Assembly: GCA_965205505.1 (NCBI GenBank)
Contig: CBDBHB010000009.1
Location: forward strand, 512,001 to 576,000
Reading direction: 5' to 3'
From: Acidobacteriota bacterium
Lineage (GTDB): Bacteria; Acidobacteriota; UBA890; WLXD01
DNA length: 64,000 nucleotides
Made by a program: the position numbers and the translations under genes. Shown one piece after another: positions 36,052-46,546 of the stretch; positions within the stretch are counted from its first letter, which is position 1, and each line of letters opens with the position of its first letter. The notes below the pieces were generated by a model that saw nothing but the letters and a program-made list of their open reading frames with translations, was not told where the DNA came from and did not search any database.

Positions 36052-38861
36052 CTACTGCGACACGACCACGGCAGGTACGTCCGCGCTCTCTACCATGGCG
36101 TTGAACGCGTCCAGGTCGGTGTCGACGATCTCCTGCAGCTGGCTCATTAATGACGCCAGCTGAGGCTTGAGGTCCTCGAAGCGCTCGTGAGCGCCATCGG
36201 TGGGACGGTTGTCACCACCGCCGAAGCCACCGAGCGCGTAGCCGTAGACGTTGATGATCTGATTGTCGAGCATCGGCGGGAAGTTGAGCGGATCCTGGCT
36301 CGACCTGCTCTTGACCTGCGTGATCTGCTCTTCGATTGCCGTCAGCTTCTCGGCCATCGCTTTCTGGGCGGCGGTGATCTCCTCGTTGTCGATACCGGCC
36401 CGATCCATCTGGGCGACGACCTCTGCGCCCTGCTTCTTGATGTCGCGAAGCCTGCGTAGCCCGTCGTACATCTCGCCGATGGCGTCGCCGACGTCGCCGA
36501 GAAACTCGTGCTGCAGGCGCAGATCCTCGGCGGTCACACCCGGCTTCGGGTTGATGCCGACGACGATCTGTTGCTCTTGGCTCCAGTCGCCGCGCGACAG
36601 TTGAACGGTGTAGGTACCGGGCAAAACCGGCCGTCCGGGTGCGATGCCCCACAGGGTCACGTCGTCGGGCACATCCGGCGCCTCCTCGCGCAGGCGCCAG
36701 GTGAACGTGTTCAGCCCGGGCTCCGCGGTGAGCGTGGCGGGGCCACTGCCGAGCGGGGCGAAGAACCCACCCGCGCCCGACTGCTGTGCGTCATCCTCGC
36801 CCGGACTGCCCGTGACCTCCTCCAGGATCTCGCCGTCGGCGTCGAGAATGGTGAGGGTGACCTCGCCATCCGTCTCTTCGCTTTCCGTCTCTTCGGCGAG
36901 GTAGTAACGGATGCGGGTGGGACCGAAGTTGCCCACCCGGTAGGCTTTGCGCGGCGCGAACAGGTAGCTGCCCGATACCGCCATCGCCTCGTCGGCCTGA
37001 CGCAGCATGGTCATATCGTCGAGGACCCAGAACCCACGACCCTGCGTCGATACCACCAGATCGCCGCGATGAACTCGCAGGTCGGTGACCGGCGTCACCG
37101 GCAGGTTGAGCTACAGCTCTTGCCAGTGGGAGCCGTCGTCGAACGACGCGTACATGCCGTACTCGGTACCGGCGAAGAGCAGGCCTTGCTGTTCGGGGTC
37201 CTCGCGTACGGCGCGCACGAAGTTGGTGGCCGGTATGCCGTTGTCGCCCGCGGTCAGCAGGCGCCAGCTGTCGCCGTAGTCGCTGGTCTGGAAGATGTAC
37301 GGACGGAAGTCGCCCTCGCGGTAGCGGTAGACGGCGACGTGGGCCCGCCCCGGATCGTGGGCGGACAGATCGATGACGTTCACCGTGCCGCCGGGCGGCA
37401 TGTCGTCGGGAGTGATGTCGGTCCAGCTGCCACCGTTGTTGCGCGACAGGTGGATCTTGCCGTCGTCGGAGCCCGCCCACAGAAGCCCTGCAGTGTGGGG
37501 CGATTCCTCGAACGCGAAGATGGTGTTGTAAACCTCGACGCCGGTCGAGTCGTGGCTGATCGGGCCGCCGGCGTAGTCCTGAGTCTCGGGGTTGTCGGTG
37601 GTCAGGTCGGGGCTGATCACCTCCCAGCTCTGGCCGCCGTCGCCGGTGCGGTGAACTACCTGGGAGGTGTGGTAGACGACGTCGGGGTCGTGCGGCGAGA
37701 TACGGATGGGTGCGTTCCATTGGAAGCGATACTCGAGGTCACGCGGCGCCTGGCCCAGCTGCAGCTGTGGGTAGGCGAGGACCTGACGCGAGGAACCGGC
37801 ATCGCGATCGAGGCGTGAGATCGCCCCACCGTAGCAACCCGCGTAGACCACCGAGTTGTCGCGTGGGTCGATGGCGATATGGCCAGACTCACAGCCGCCG
37901 ACCGCAAACCAGTCCGGGAATACGCGGTTGCGACCAGTGAAGCTCGGTATCGAGATCGTGCTGTTGTCCTGCTGCGGGCCGTAGATGCGGTACGGCCAGT
38001 CGTCGTCGACGAAGACGCGGTAGATCTCCGCGGTAGGCTGGTTCATCTGTGACGACCACGACTCGCCGCCGTTGAACGATACGTTGGCGCCGCCGTCGTT
38101 GGCGTTGATCATGATCTGCGGCGAGCCCGGGTTGATCCAGAGGTCGTGGTTGTCGCCGTGCGGCACGTCGATCTGCTGGTCGAATCCAACCCCCCCGTCG
38201 ATCGATCGGTATAGGCCGGTGTTGAGAGCGTAGACGGTGTTCTCGTCCTTGGGATCGGCGTAGATGTGAGTGTAGTACCAGGGCCGCTGGCGGAGGTTGG
38301 CGGCGCTGTTGATGCGGCTCCAGCTGTCGCCGGCGTCGTCGGAGCGATACACGCCGCCACGCTCTCCCTCAGCCTCGATCAGTGCCCAGAGCCGGTCGGA
38401 GTTGGCAGCCGAAACGGTCACGTCGATCTTGCCGACCAGCCCGGTGGGGAGTCCGCCGTCGAGCTGGGTCCAGGTATCGCCACCATCGGTGCTCTTCCAG
38501 ATGCCGCCGTTGTCGTTGCCCGAGATCAGCGTCCAGGGCTTGCGCTCTACGCGCCAGGCGGCCGCATACAGGATGCGCGGGTTGTTGACGTCCATGGCGA
38601 CCTGGTTGAAGCCGGTGGCGTCGTCGATGTAGAGGACCTTGTCCCAGGTGTCGCCGCCGTCGATCGACCGCCACGCGCGAAGCCGGACGAACGGTACTCG
38701 AGGCCCTCGAACAACAGCGGGTCGACGGTAACGTTGGTCGCGTCCTCTTGCAGATCACGGCGGCTGCCCTGGGCGAGTGCGGCTGCGGTCGGCTGCGTGA
38801 TGACCGCCACGAGCAAGAGGATCGCGAACGAGACACCGGTGATGTGCCGATCAGGCTGCAT
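36052..38861 (-). pseudogene. Secreted VPS10/BNR (Asp-box) glycosyl-hydrolase-like beta-propeller, disrupted by an internal deletion (~38660) and a TAG (37111-37113)
   Basis: Many S.DGG.(T/S)W boxes; HWQEL*LNLPVTPV in one frame; signal peptide and LEYRS.G..RGGR in a different frame from ATG 38861 with CAGGAG SD. Confidence 0.85.
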
Positions 38862-39076
38862 GGGGTTCTCCTGCGATGATGACGGCCGGGTCCGGCTGGG
38901 AGAGCTGGCGCAGCGGCGGGGGCGCGGCCGCTCGTCGCCGACGCGCGGGCGCCAGGCGCTGGCCGCGCCAAGTGAACCGAGAAAGGCTGATGTGGTCAAG
39001 CCCGCGGCGCTGAGCACACTTGCGGCGCGTCGGTGGTTGAAGACCGCACCACTTTGGCAGGACCTGGCGCCGAGGC

Positions 39077-40441
39077 TCAGGCGCTCCTGCGGCCGTACCC
39101 TCCGAAGACCGCGATCAGCACGATCGACAGGAGCAACCACGAGTGCAGATTGGCCATGCCGACCTGCATGGCGCCCAGTCGGGGCATCCCGGTTGCTGAG
39201 CCGGAAGCCGTCAGCGAGGCGGCCAGAATTGTGGGAATGAACCACGGGAGCAGAAACGGATAAGTGCACACGGTGGTATCGAGCAGGTTGGCCCGGCATA
39301 TCGGCCCGACGCCGAGTTGCTCGCCGGTCTGACGTGCGAATCTTCCCACCGCGAGAATCGCCACGACGGAATGTGTGGTGAGCATGACGGCGCCGGATAC
39401 TGCTGCGAAGATCCAGGCCTCTGCGCCGCGCTCCGAACGCACCGATCGGCTCGTCGTACGCACCAGGCGATCGAGCAGACCGCTGGCTTCGATGCCGGCC
39501 ACCAGTCCCATCAACAGCAGCGTGAAGATCGAGATGCCGAGGGCACGCTCGATGCCCTCTACCACCAGCCCACCCGCCGCGAAGGCTCCAGGCTCGATTC
39601 GAAGCACGTCGCTTAGCTGGATCAACCCTCCGATCCAGCCCACCGCGAACGTTGCGGCGATCCCCGCCAGCAAGCCCTCCACCAGATGGTGCCGCCGTAG
39701 CAGCATGACGAACACGAGAGCCGGAGCGACGAGCAACACCAGCGGTGCGGTACTGCCGGTGGTCTCCGACGCAATCGGCAGGCTGTCGCCGCCGCCGAGT
39801 ACCGGGTAGCCGAGCAGCGCGATTCCGGCGGCGGGAAGGGCGTAGCGCAAGCGTGACCGCACCACCTCGCCGATCGGTGCTCCCTGTGTGGTGGCCGAGG
39901 CGATGGTCGTATCGGAGACGGGAGAGATGTTGTCGCCGAAGGTCGCACCGCCGATGATCGCGCCGGCGAGGATCACCGGGTCAGCGCCGAGCGCTGCTCC
40001 TGCCGGGTAGAGCACCGGAAGGCACAAGATCAGCGTCCCCAGGCTCGTGCCCGTCGAGGCGGAGAACAGGCAGCAGACGAGAAACGCTGCCGCCGCGTAG
40101 CCGCCGCCGTGCAGGCCACTGGCCTGCGCTGCCCCAGCGAGCGCGCCTACCAAGCCGCCCCCGGTAAGCAGTGCACCGAGGATTCCGGCGAGCATCCACG
40201 CCATCAGCATGAGCATGACGATCGGTTGGCTCATCCCGCGGAGCAACGTGTTGCAATACCGATCGCGGTCGCGCGCCAGCAGCAAAGCCACCAGGATGGA
40301 GGCAATCAGCACTGGCCACAGGCCGCGCTCATCCGGTGCTCCCGAGAGCCCCAGCCAGGTGACACCGGTGATGAACACGACGAACGGCGCCAGCGCTCCG
40401 GCACTGCCGCCGAAGAACCCGAGTGGAGGCGGTTCTTGCAT
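39077..40441 (-). CDS. NhaC family transporter (MetT-like amino acid/Na+ transporter)
   Basis: STGTSLGT, GATFGDNISPVSDTTIASA, RANLLD; many TM helices. Confidence 0.85.
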   Translation of the reverse strand: MQEPPPLGFFGGSAGALAPFVVFITGVTWLGLSGAPDERGLWPVLIASILVALLLARDRDRYCNTLLRGMSQPIVMLMLMAWMLAGILGALLTGGGLVGALAGAAQASGLHGGGYAAAAFLVCCLFSASTGTSLGTLILCLPVLYPAGAALGADPVILAGAIIGGATFGDNISPVSDTTIASATTQGAPIGEVVRSRLRYALPAAGIALLGYPVLGGGDSLPIASETTGSTAPLVLLVAPALVFVMLLRRHHLVEGLLAGIAATFAVGWIGGLIQLSDVLRIEPGAFAAGGLVVEGIERALGISIFTLLLMGLVAGIEASGLLDRLVRTTSRSVRSERGAEAWIFAAVSGAVMLTTHSVVAILAVGRFARQTGEQLGVGPICRANLLDTTVCTYPFLLPWFIPTILAASLTASGSATGMPRLGAMQVGMANLHSWLLLSIVLIAVFGGYGRRSA

Positions 40442-40522
40442 CTGCGCTCCCGGCAGCGTAACCAGAGCCTTCAGAGTTCCCGTGGCCTGCCAGAGACCAA
40501 CCTTACAGTGGGAGAGGTCAGC

Positions 40523-40867
40523 ATGAACGAACACGACGACGAGTTCACCCTGTACGACTTGCGTGTCGAGGTGGTCGCAGGCGATCGGGCGATGGTCTGT
40601 GCTCATCGGGAAGGCGACTACTTCGAGCTGCGCGGGGAGAGCCTGTCGTTTCCCGCGGGTCAGACGTTCCCGATCTATCCGTTGGCCGCTTTGTTGCCGT
40701 TGCTTCCAGCCAAGCAACGCGAGACGCACCCACACGACTGGATGACCACCGACATGGAGGTCGCCTGTCCGGATCCTCTTTGCGGCGGCCGCTTCCGAAT
40801 CACTCGCCAGGGTTGCACCACCTTCCGTCATCGGGACGTCACTGCCGTGCCGCTGTCCAACGAGTGA
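40523..40867 (+). CDS. TIGR04076-like small Cys-containing protein
   Basis: LYDLRVEV, C.H..GDYFEL, LLPLLPAKQR, ACPDPLCG; GGAGAGG SD. Confidence 0.75.
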   Translation: MNEHDDEFTLYDLRVEVVAGDRAMVCAHREGDYFELRGESLSFPAGQTFPIYPLAALLPLLPAKQRETHPHDWMTTDMEVACPDPLCGGRFRITRQGCTTFRHRDVTAVPLSNE

Positions 40868-40874
40868 TGCCGGC

Positions 40875-41924
40875 GTGAGGAAGCCACAAATCGAGATCGC
40901 CCCCGGGTATGCGGTGCCGCCAATCATTATCGGGCTCTGGCAGCGTTCGGCCGGACATGCTCGGAGCGGCGTCGAGGATCGATCCCGGGTGCTTGCTGAT
41001 CTCGAGCGGTTCGTCGAGGCGGGACTGTGCACGTTCGATTGCGCCGACATCTACACCGGCGTGGAAGAGTTGCTGGGCGACCTTCGCAGAAGGTTGTCGA
41101 GCCGTGCCGCGCCGATCCGCGTGCATACGAAGTTCGTGCCCGACCGCGATGCCCTCGCAACGATCAATCGCGGCTACGTGGAGCGCGTCATCGATCGCTC
41201 ACTGCGCCGCCTCGGAGTCGAGTGCCTCGACATGGTGCAGTTCTACTGGTGGGACGACGACATTCCAGGGTGCCTCGAGACGGCCGGTTGGCTGTGCGAT
41301 TCTCAGCGCGCCGGAAAGATCGGCCTGATCGCGGCCACCAACCTGGATGTTGCCCACTTGAGCGAGCTCGCCTCAGCCGGCATCCACCTGGTGTGCAACC
41401 AGGTGCAGTACTCGGTGCTCGACCGCCGTCCAGAACACGCGATGGCCGACTACTGTGCTACGAACGGTGGGCATCTGCTTTGCTATGGCACCGTCGCAGG
41501 TGGGTTTCTGTCGAACCGCTGGCTGGGCATTCCAGATCCGGGCGCCCCGTGGACCAATCGGTCGCTCGAGAAGTACCGACTCATCATCGACGAGTTCGGC
41601 GGCTGGGAAGCTTTGCAGAAGCTGTTGCGGGTGCTTGCCGATATCGGCAAGCGTCACGAGGCAACGGTCGCCAACGTCGCGACGCGATGGGTTCTAGGGC
41701 GCCCAGAGGTCGCGGCAGCGATCGTCGGCGCGCGCAACGCCGACTACCTGGGCGAAATAGCGCGGACCCTCGAGCTCACGCTCGACGCCGAGGATTGCTC
41801 GCGAATCGAGGACGTACTGGTTCGGCACCGGGGTCCCGCCGGCGATGTGTTCTCGCTCGAGCGCGACTTCGAGGGCCCGCACGCGGCCATCATGCGCACC
41901 AATCTGAGCCACGAATCGGGTTGA
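40875..41924 (+). CDS. Aldo/keto reductase
   Basis: FDCADIYTG, HTKF, SLRRLG...LD, NQVQYSVLDRR, IVGAR. Confidence 0.92.
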   Translation: MRKPQIEIAPGYAVPPIIIGLWQRSAGHARSGVEDRSRVLADLERFVEAGLCTFDCADIYTGVEELLGDLRRRLSSRAAPIRVHTKFVPDRDALATINRGYVERVIDRSLRRLGVECLDMVQFYWWDDDIPGCLETAGWLCDSQRAGKIGLIAATNLDVAHLSELASAGIHLVCNQVQYSVLDRRPEHAMADYCATNGGHLLCYGTVAGGFLSNRWLGIPDPGAPWTNRSLEKYRLIIDEFGGWEALQKLLRVLADIGKRHEATVANVATRWVLGRPEVAAAIVGARNADYLGEIARTLELTLDAEDCSRIEDVLVRHRGPAGDVFSLERDFEGPHAAIMRTNLSHESG

Positions 41925-42023
41925 ACCCCGGCGCGAAGCGGCTACGATACGGTGGCTCGGGCGTGGAGGCTCGGGAATGTATCCACACGGCTCGCCCCGG
42001 TTGCCTCACTTGAGGGCAAGTAT

Positions 42024-42779
42024 ATGAACGGCGACATCAGAGTGGTCACCTTCGACGCTCGCGGCACCCTCTTGAAGGTGCGATTCTCAGTAGGCGAGAC
42101 CTACGCCGCTGTGGCCAGGCGGCACGGCGCTGACCTGTCGACAATTGCGATCGAGACGGCGTTCTTCGCGGTGTTTCCCGGCATGCCGCCGCTAGCGTTC
42201 CCGCCCATGCACGATGAGCAGCTGCGCGAGCGTGAGCATCAGTGGTGGCGGACTTTGGTAGAGCGCGTCGTCGAATCCGCCGATCAGCGGGTCGACGACT
42301 TCGACGAGTTCTTCGCCGAGCTGTATTCGCTATACCGCGGCGCCGAGGGGTGGAAGCCATATCGCGAGGCAGCGTCGGTGCTGTGCTTGCTGCGCTCGGC
42401 AGGCTACAAGCTGGGCGTTGTCTCCAACTTCGACTCGCGCATCGAGGAAGTGCTGGTAGCTCTCAACATGAGCATCTGGTTCGACTCGGTGGTCTTCTCC
42501 TCGCGCGCCGGTGTCGCCAAGCCGGGTGCCGGGATCTTCCAGAGGGCACTGGCCGAGCTCGATGTCGAGGCGGAGCAAGCGTTGCACGTCGGCGACAGCC
42601 TCCGTAAGGACTGGGAAGGCGCCCGCAGCATCGGAATGAAGGCCATCCTGCTCGACCGCACCGATCGTTACGCTGTCAACGCGCCCTCGGATTGCGATGT
42701 GGTCCCCAGCCTCGAGGCAGTGCTCGAACGCCTTGGCGTGGCTGGTTTTTCCGAGTTGGCGCGCGCCCACGCCAGCTAG
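42024..42779 (+). CDS. HAD-IA hydrolase (REG-2/HDHD3-like)
   Basis: FDARGTL, VVSNFD, KP..GIF, HVGDS. Confidence 0.88.
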   Translation: MNGDIRVVTFDARGTLLKVRFSVGETYAAVARRHGADLSTIAIETAFFAVFPGMPPLAFPPMHDEQLREREHQWWRTLVERVVESADQRVDDFDEFFAELYSLYRGAEGWKPYREAASVLCLLRSAGYKLGVVSNFDSRIEEVLVALNMSIWFDSVVFSSRAGVAKPGAGIFQRALAELDVEAEQALHVGDSLRKDWEGARSIGMKAILLDRTDRYAVNAPSDCDVVPSLEAVLERLGVAGFSELARAHAS

Positions 42780-42823
42780 TGCTCCTGATCATAAGTACGG
42801 TGACGTTTGCAGGAGCGATATGC
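42776..42823. repeat. Short 48-bp version of the 15446-15621 element
   Basis: Equals the two ends of the 15.5-kb element joined; GCTCCTG/CAGGAGC inverted ends; starts on a TAG stop. Confidence 0.75.
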
Positions 42824-42831
42824 GGGCGATC

Positions 42832-43728
42832 TCAGCCCCCGACGTCGTCCGATACGAGCGCGATCTGGTCACCCCCCGGGCTTACTGCCAGCCGCGTGAT
42901 CGAGGTTATCCCCGCCGCCGATAGGTCCGCCGCTGGCATCCAGGCGTCGTCCTGGAAGGGGTCGCGTATGAACACCCGCGAGTCTGTAGCCATCAGCATG
43001 CGGCCGTCCGGAGTCCACGCCAGGTCCTGGCTCCCGGGCAGAGCGTCGACGAGCTCGAACACCGCTCCGTTGGTCGGGTTCACCAGCCGGATCGCCCAGT
43101 GGTCGCCTTCGCGCTGCAGGAAGCTGAAGAAGTCGGGGTCGTGGCGTGCCTGTAGGGAGCGGCCGATGTCCTGCGCCACCGTCGTGGTTGTATCCGTGTG
43201 GAGGTTGGCCAGCTCTAACGTCGGCGGCTCGCCGAGGACGAACAGAATCAACGAGCCGTACCGGTTCCAAGCGTGGTAGCCGACCGGGGCAACGTCGGGG
43301 AGCAGCAGTCGCGGCGAGGTGCCGTCGCGACGGAATGTCCACAGTCGTTGAGTCCCGTCCGACTCGACTCGCACAACCGACATGTCTTCGTTGGCCGGCC
43401 ATACGACGCTGGGCGAGTATTCCGACTCGGGGGTAGCGGTGACTTGTGTGTGCTGTCCCGACAACAGATCCACCCGGAAGATGTCGGTCTGCTCGCCGCG
43501 CTGCGACGTGTACAGCAGGCCGCCGCCCTCGGGCTCGAAGTGGGGTTGGTTGTCGTAGCCCGGGCGGTTGGTGAGGTTGCGTGGTGCACCCAAGGTCGGC
43601 GGGTTCGAGGCAAGATCCAGCTCGACGAGGAAGATGTCGGTGCCCGGCGCTGCCTGCCTGGCGCCCGCGGGGGCCGCTAACGCGGCCCCCGCCAGCAGAA
43701 TGATCAGCCCCGAGACAACAGTTCGCAT
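42832..43728 (-). CDS. Secreted TolB-like (PD40) beta-propeller protein
   Basis: Signal peptide; TNRPGYDNQPHF, ESEYSP, VGYHAW, WTPDG, VSPGG. Confidence 0.8.
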   Translation of the reverse strand: MRTVVSGLIILLAGAALAAPAGARQAAPGTDIFLVELDLASNPPTLGAPRNLTNRPGYDNQPHFEPEGGGLLYTSQRGEQTDIFRVDLLSGQHTQVTATPESEYSPSVVWPANEDMSVVRVESDGTQRLWTFRRDGTSPRLLLPDVAPVGYHAWNRYGSLILFVLGEPPTLELANLHTDTTTTVAQDIGRSLQARHDPDFFSFLQREGDHWAIRLVNPTNGAVFELVDALPGSQDLAWTPDGRMLMATDSRVFIRDPFQDDAWMPAADLSAAGITSITRLAVSPGGDQIALVSDDVGG

Positions 43729-43756
43729 AGCTTTCCCGGCAAGCGGTCCCCCGGTG

Positions 43757-44074
43757 CTAGGTCGCGCCGTCGCCACCGAGGCACGGCGGCGACTCGACGC
43801 GTGCGGCTTCGGTTTCGGCGAACTCCTCGGGAGTCAACGTCTGGATCCCGAGCGCGTGGATGCCATCCTGCCGCTCGGCGTCAAGCAGCTGGTAGATTCG
43901 TTGGTGACGTCGCACCCGCGTCTCGCCGCTGAAGGCGGCCGACACTACGAAGACGCGAAAGTGGGTCTCCGATCCGGGCGCCACGTTGTGCATGCCGCTC
44001 TCGTTCACGACCTCGAGACGCTCGGGGTGGAGCGCGTCCTGTAGCTTGCTTTCAATTCGACTCTGCAATTGCAT
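43757..44074 (-). CDS. bolA: BolA family protein
   Basis: VNESGMH, ETHFRV, RHQRIY, IHAL, SPPCLGG. Confidence 0.92.
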   Translation of the reverse strand: MQLQSRIESKLQDALHPERLEVVNESGMHNVAPGSETHFRVFVVSAAFSGETRVRRHQRIYQLLDAERQDGIHALGIQTLTPEEFAETEAARVESPPCLGGDGAT

Positions 44075-44127
44075 CAGGAGCACCTGCTTCACAGGGAGTG
44101 GCTATTGTAGAGGCTCGGAGGTGGCGA

Positions 44128-44616
44128 ATGGGACGATCGATGCTGCGACTGGCACTCCCGATTTTGTTTGTCGCGGTCGGTGCGGGCTTGTCGGGAGCCT
44201 CGTCGTCGGTGATCCAGGGACGCGTCGAGGGAGTGTGGGAGGCGCAAACTTACCTGCTTGCCGACGGCACCCTGCATCCGGTTCGCGGCCGCATCTTCTT
44301 CCAAGGTAGGCACTGGCAGGTGTTGTTCTTCGTCGTTGATGCGTCGTCGAGTCGCCCGCACCGGGGTTCCGCGGAGGGAGGCACCTACACGCTTGCAGGC
44401 GATCAACTCACGTTTCGTCCCGAGCTCAACCTGTCGGTTGGTGACGCGATCCCGGGCCTGCCAGAGGCGCCGCTACGGATGATCGCACGACATCCGGAAC
44501 AGGCGGTTCCCGAGACGGCTCGCGTGACGGTCGAAGGAGACGCCCTGACGCTCCTGTTCCCGAGCGGTAACCGCCTCCACTTCGAGCGTGCGACGATGCC
44601 GTCGGGTCAACGATGA
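44128..44616 (+). CDS. Secreted hypothetical protein (possible lipocalin-like beta-barrel)
   Basis: Signal peptide; EGVW, GGTYTL; ATGA overlap with the next gene. Confidence 0.6.
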   Translation: MGRSMLRLALPILFVAVGAGLSGASSSVIQGRVEGVWEAQTYLLADGTLHPVRGRIFFQGRHWQVLFFVVDASSSRPHRGSAEGGTYTLAGDQLTFRPELNLSVGDAIPGLPEAPLRMIARHPEQAVPETARVTVEGDALTLLFPSGNRLHFERATMPSGQR

Positions 44617-45173
44617 AAGTTCTCGTCGGCTCGACGAACCCGGTCAAGCGTGCCTCGGTGGAGGAGGCGTTCGGACTCTTCTTCGATACCCCTCACGTGC
44701 GGGGCGTCGCGGTTCCCTCGGGGGTGCCCGACCAGCCGGTCAACGACGAGACGTTGATCGGCGCACGCAATCGGGCTACGGCGCTGCGCGCGCTTCGCGC
44801 AGCCCGTGGGGTCGACTACTTCGTTGGTATCGAGGGTGGAATCGTCGAGCAAGCCGAGCGGGTGTTCGCGTTCGGCGGCATGTGCGTGGTCGATCGACAG
44901 GGTCGCGAGGCTTTGGGCAGCTCGCCTCACTTCGAGCTGCCGCCTGACGTCGCCCGCGAAGTGCTGGCGGGACGCGAGCTGGGCATGGTGATGGACGAAA
45001 TGACCGGCCAGCAAAACAGCAAGCACAAGGGCGGAGCGATCGGACACTTCACGCGTGGCGTGATGGACCGTCGCGCACTGTACGTAGCCGGCCTCGTGGT
45101 CACGCTGGTGCCATTCTTGAATCATGCCTTGTACTTCAACGACAGCTCGGTGCAATCGGTGTGCGGAACGTGA
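44613..45173 (+). CDS. yjjX: Inosine/xanthosine triphosphatase
   Basis: GSTNPVK, SGVPDQP, GARNRA, GIEGG, ELG, GAIG. Confidence 0.9.
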   Translation: MKVLVGSTNPVKRASVEEAFGLFFDTPHVRGVAVPSGVPDQPVNDETLIGARNRATALRALRAARGVDYFVGIEGGIVEQAERVFAFGGMCVVDRQGREALGSSPHFELPPDVAREVLAGRELGMVMDEMTGQQNSKHKGGAIGHFTRGVMDRRALYVAGLVVTLVPFLNHALYFNDSSVQSVCGT

Positions 45174-45598
45174 GCGCCGTGCCGGCCCCGAGTGTCGGTG
45201 GCATCGTGGAGACGTCGCTCTACGTGTCGGACCTCGATCGCGCCGAGCGCTTCTATCGACGCCTGTTCGGCTTCGAGCGGCTTGTCGGGGACGATCGTAT
45301 TCGAGCGCTGGCCGTCTGCGAGCGGCAGGTACTGCTGCTGTTTCGTCGCGGTGGCTCTCTGGAGGCCATTGAAACGCCTGAGGGCACGATCCCGTCTCAT
45401 GACGGCGTCGGGCAGCTACACGTGGCGTTTGCCTCTCGAGCCGACGAGCTCGACGATTGGGCGCGCCGCCTGGCGGCCGAGGGCATCGAGGTCGAGAGTC
45501 GGATGTGCTGGCCGGCCGGGGGAGAGAGCGTGTTCTTCCGCGACCCCGATGGCCATCTGGTTGAGCTGGTCACTCCGGGTGTGTGGGCGGTGTACTGA
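45170..45598 (+). CDS. VOC/glyoxalase family protein
   Basis: ETSLYVSDL, HVAF, FFRDPDGHLVEL. Confidence 0.9.
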   Translation: MSAVPAPSVGGIVETSLYVSDLDRAERFYRRLFGFERLVGDDRIRALAVCERQVLLLFRRGGSLEAIETPEGTIPSHDGVGQLHVAFASRADELDDWARRLAAEGIEVESRMCWPAGGESVFFRDPDGHLVELVTPGVWAVY

Positions 45599-45610
45599 GG
45601 TAACGCATCG

Positions 45611-46546
45611 ATGCTTGGCGAACGGAGCTTGGGCTGGCTGGCGATTGCGGTGTGCTCGATCGCCGCCTGTGGCCCCGCAGATGGGGACCCTGAGCCGCTC
45701 GTTCCGGGCGCTGTGCATCGCTTCGAGACGGTTGGCGAAGAGCGCTGGCATTGGGTGGAGTCGGGTTCTGGTCCGGCGCTCGTCGTCCTGCACGGCTTCC
45801 CCGAGAGCTGGTACGCCTGGAGCGAGCTTGTCGAGACGATGGCCTCTGATTTCCGGGTGTTGGCTATCGATCTCAAGGGCGCGGGGCTCTCTAGCACCAG
45901 CGACGGCGACTACAGCGTTGCGGCGATGGCCAATGAGTTGGCCGCGCTGCTCGAGCAGATAGGTGTCGATCGGTTCTACCTCGCAGGCCACGACTGGGGC
46001 GGGCTGGTCGGGGCGCGGCTGGCGGGCGAGCATCCGCAGCGAGTCATCGCCTACGCGCACGTCAGCGCGCCGGTCGAACGCTACGACCTGAGCCGCATGC
46101 CCGATCTGCGCGACTTGCACAACGATCCCGAATCGGCGACCGCCCTGATGTTGAACGCCGAGCTGTTCGTAAAGCGGATGCTCGGTCTCACCGTGGCGGG
46201 CGGAGTCGAGGCACTCTCAGCACAGCGCGTACAGCACCATATCGACTCCTTCGGTCGGGGCGACGTCCGCGCCGCAATGGCGCGCTATTTCCGTGACCTG
46301 GACCTTGACGAGGGTTGGCGCCTCGGCCGTCGCGCGCGAGCCGACTGGTCGCGCATGAGCTTCCCGGTCCTTGTGCTGGCCGGCGGCCGCGATCTGATGG
46401 TGCCGCTGGAGGAATACCTCGGTGTGCGCGAACGCGCGCCCGGCCTCGAACGTGTGGCGGTGATCGACGGGGCAGGGCACTATCCGCACGAGGAACGGCC
46501 CCTCGAGGTCATCGATATCCTGCAGGAGTTCTTCGAGCGAACATGA
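45611..46546 (+). CDS. Alpha/beta hydrolase, epoxide hydrolase-like, with lipoprotein signal
   Basis: HGFPES, DLKGAG, GHDWGG, GHYPHEE; IAAC lipobox. Confidence 0.85.
   Translation: MLGERSLGWLAIAVCSIAACGPADGDPEPLVPGAVHRFETVGEERWHWVESGSGPALVVLHGFPESWYAWSELVETMASDFRVLAIDLKGAGLSSTSDGDYSVAAMANELAALLEQIGVDRFYLAGHDWGGLVGARLAGEHPQRVIAYAHVSAPVERYDLSRMPDLRDLHNDPESATALMLNAELFVKRMLGLTVAGGVEALSAQRVQHHIDSFGRGDVRAAMARYFRDLDLDEGWRLGRRARADWSRMSFPVLVLAGGRDLMVPLEEYLGVRERAPGLERVAVIDGAGHYPHEERPLEVIDILQEFFERT

Noticed and set aside
37111-37113. In-frame TAG as pyrrolysine or recoding
   Set aside because: Many genes here end in TAG, no pyl genes are seen, and the gene has a second lesion
36508-37818. Long antisense ORFs (also 6376-7422, 47715-48899, 28876-29814, 53953-54783)
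   Set aside because: Typical high-GC antisense shadows of recognised genes, with no motifs
40442-41050. N-terminal 200 aa of the 657-aa transporter ORF
   Set aside because: Antisense to two real genes; SD and ATG are at 40441
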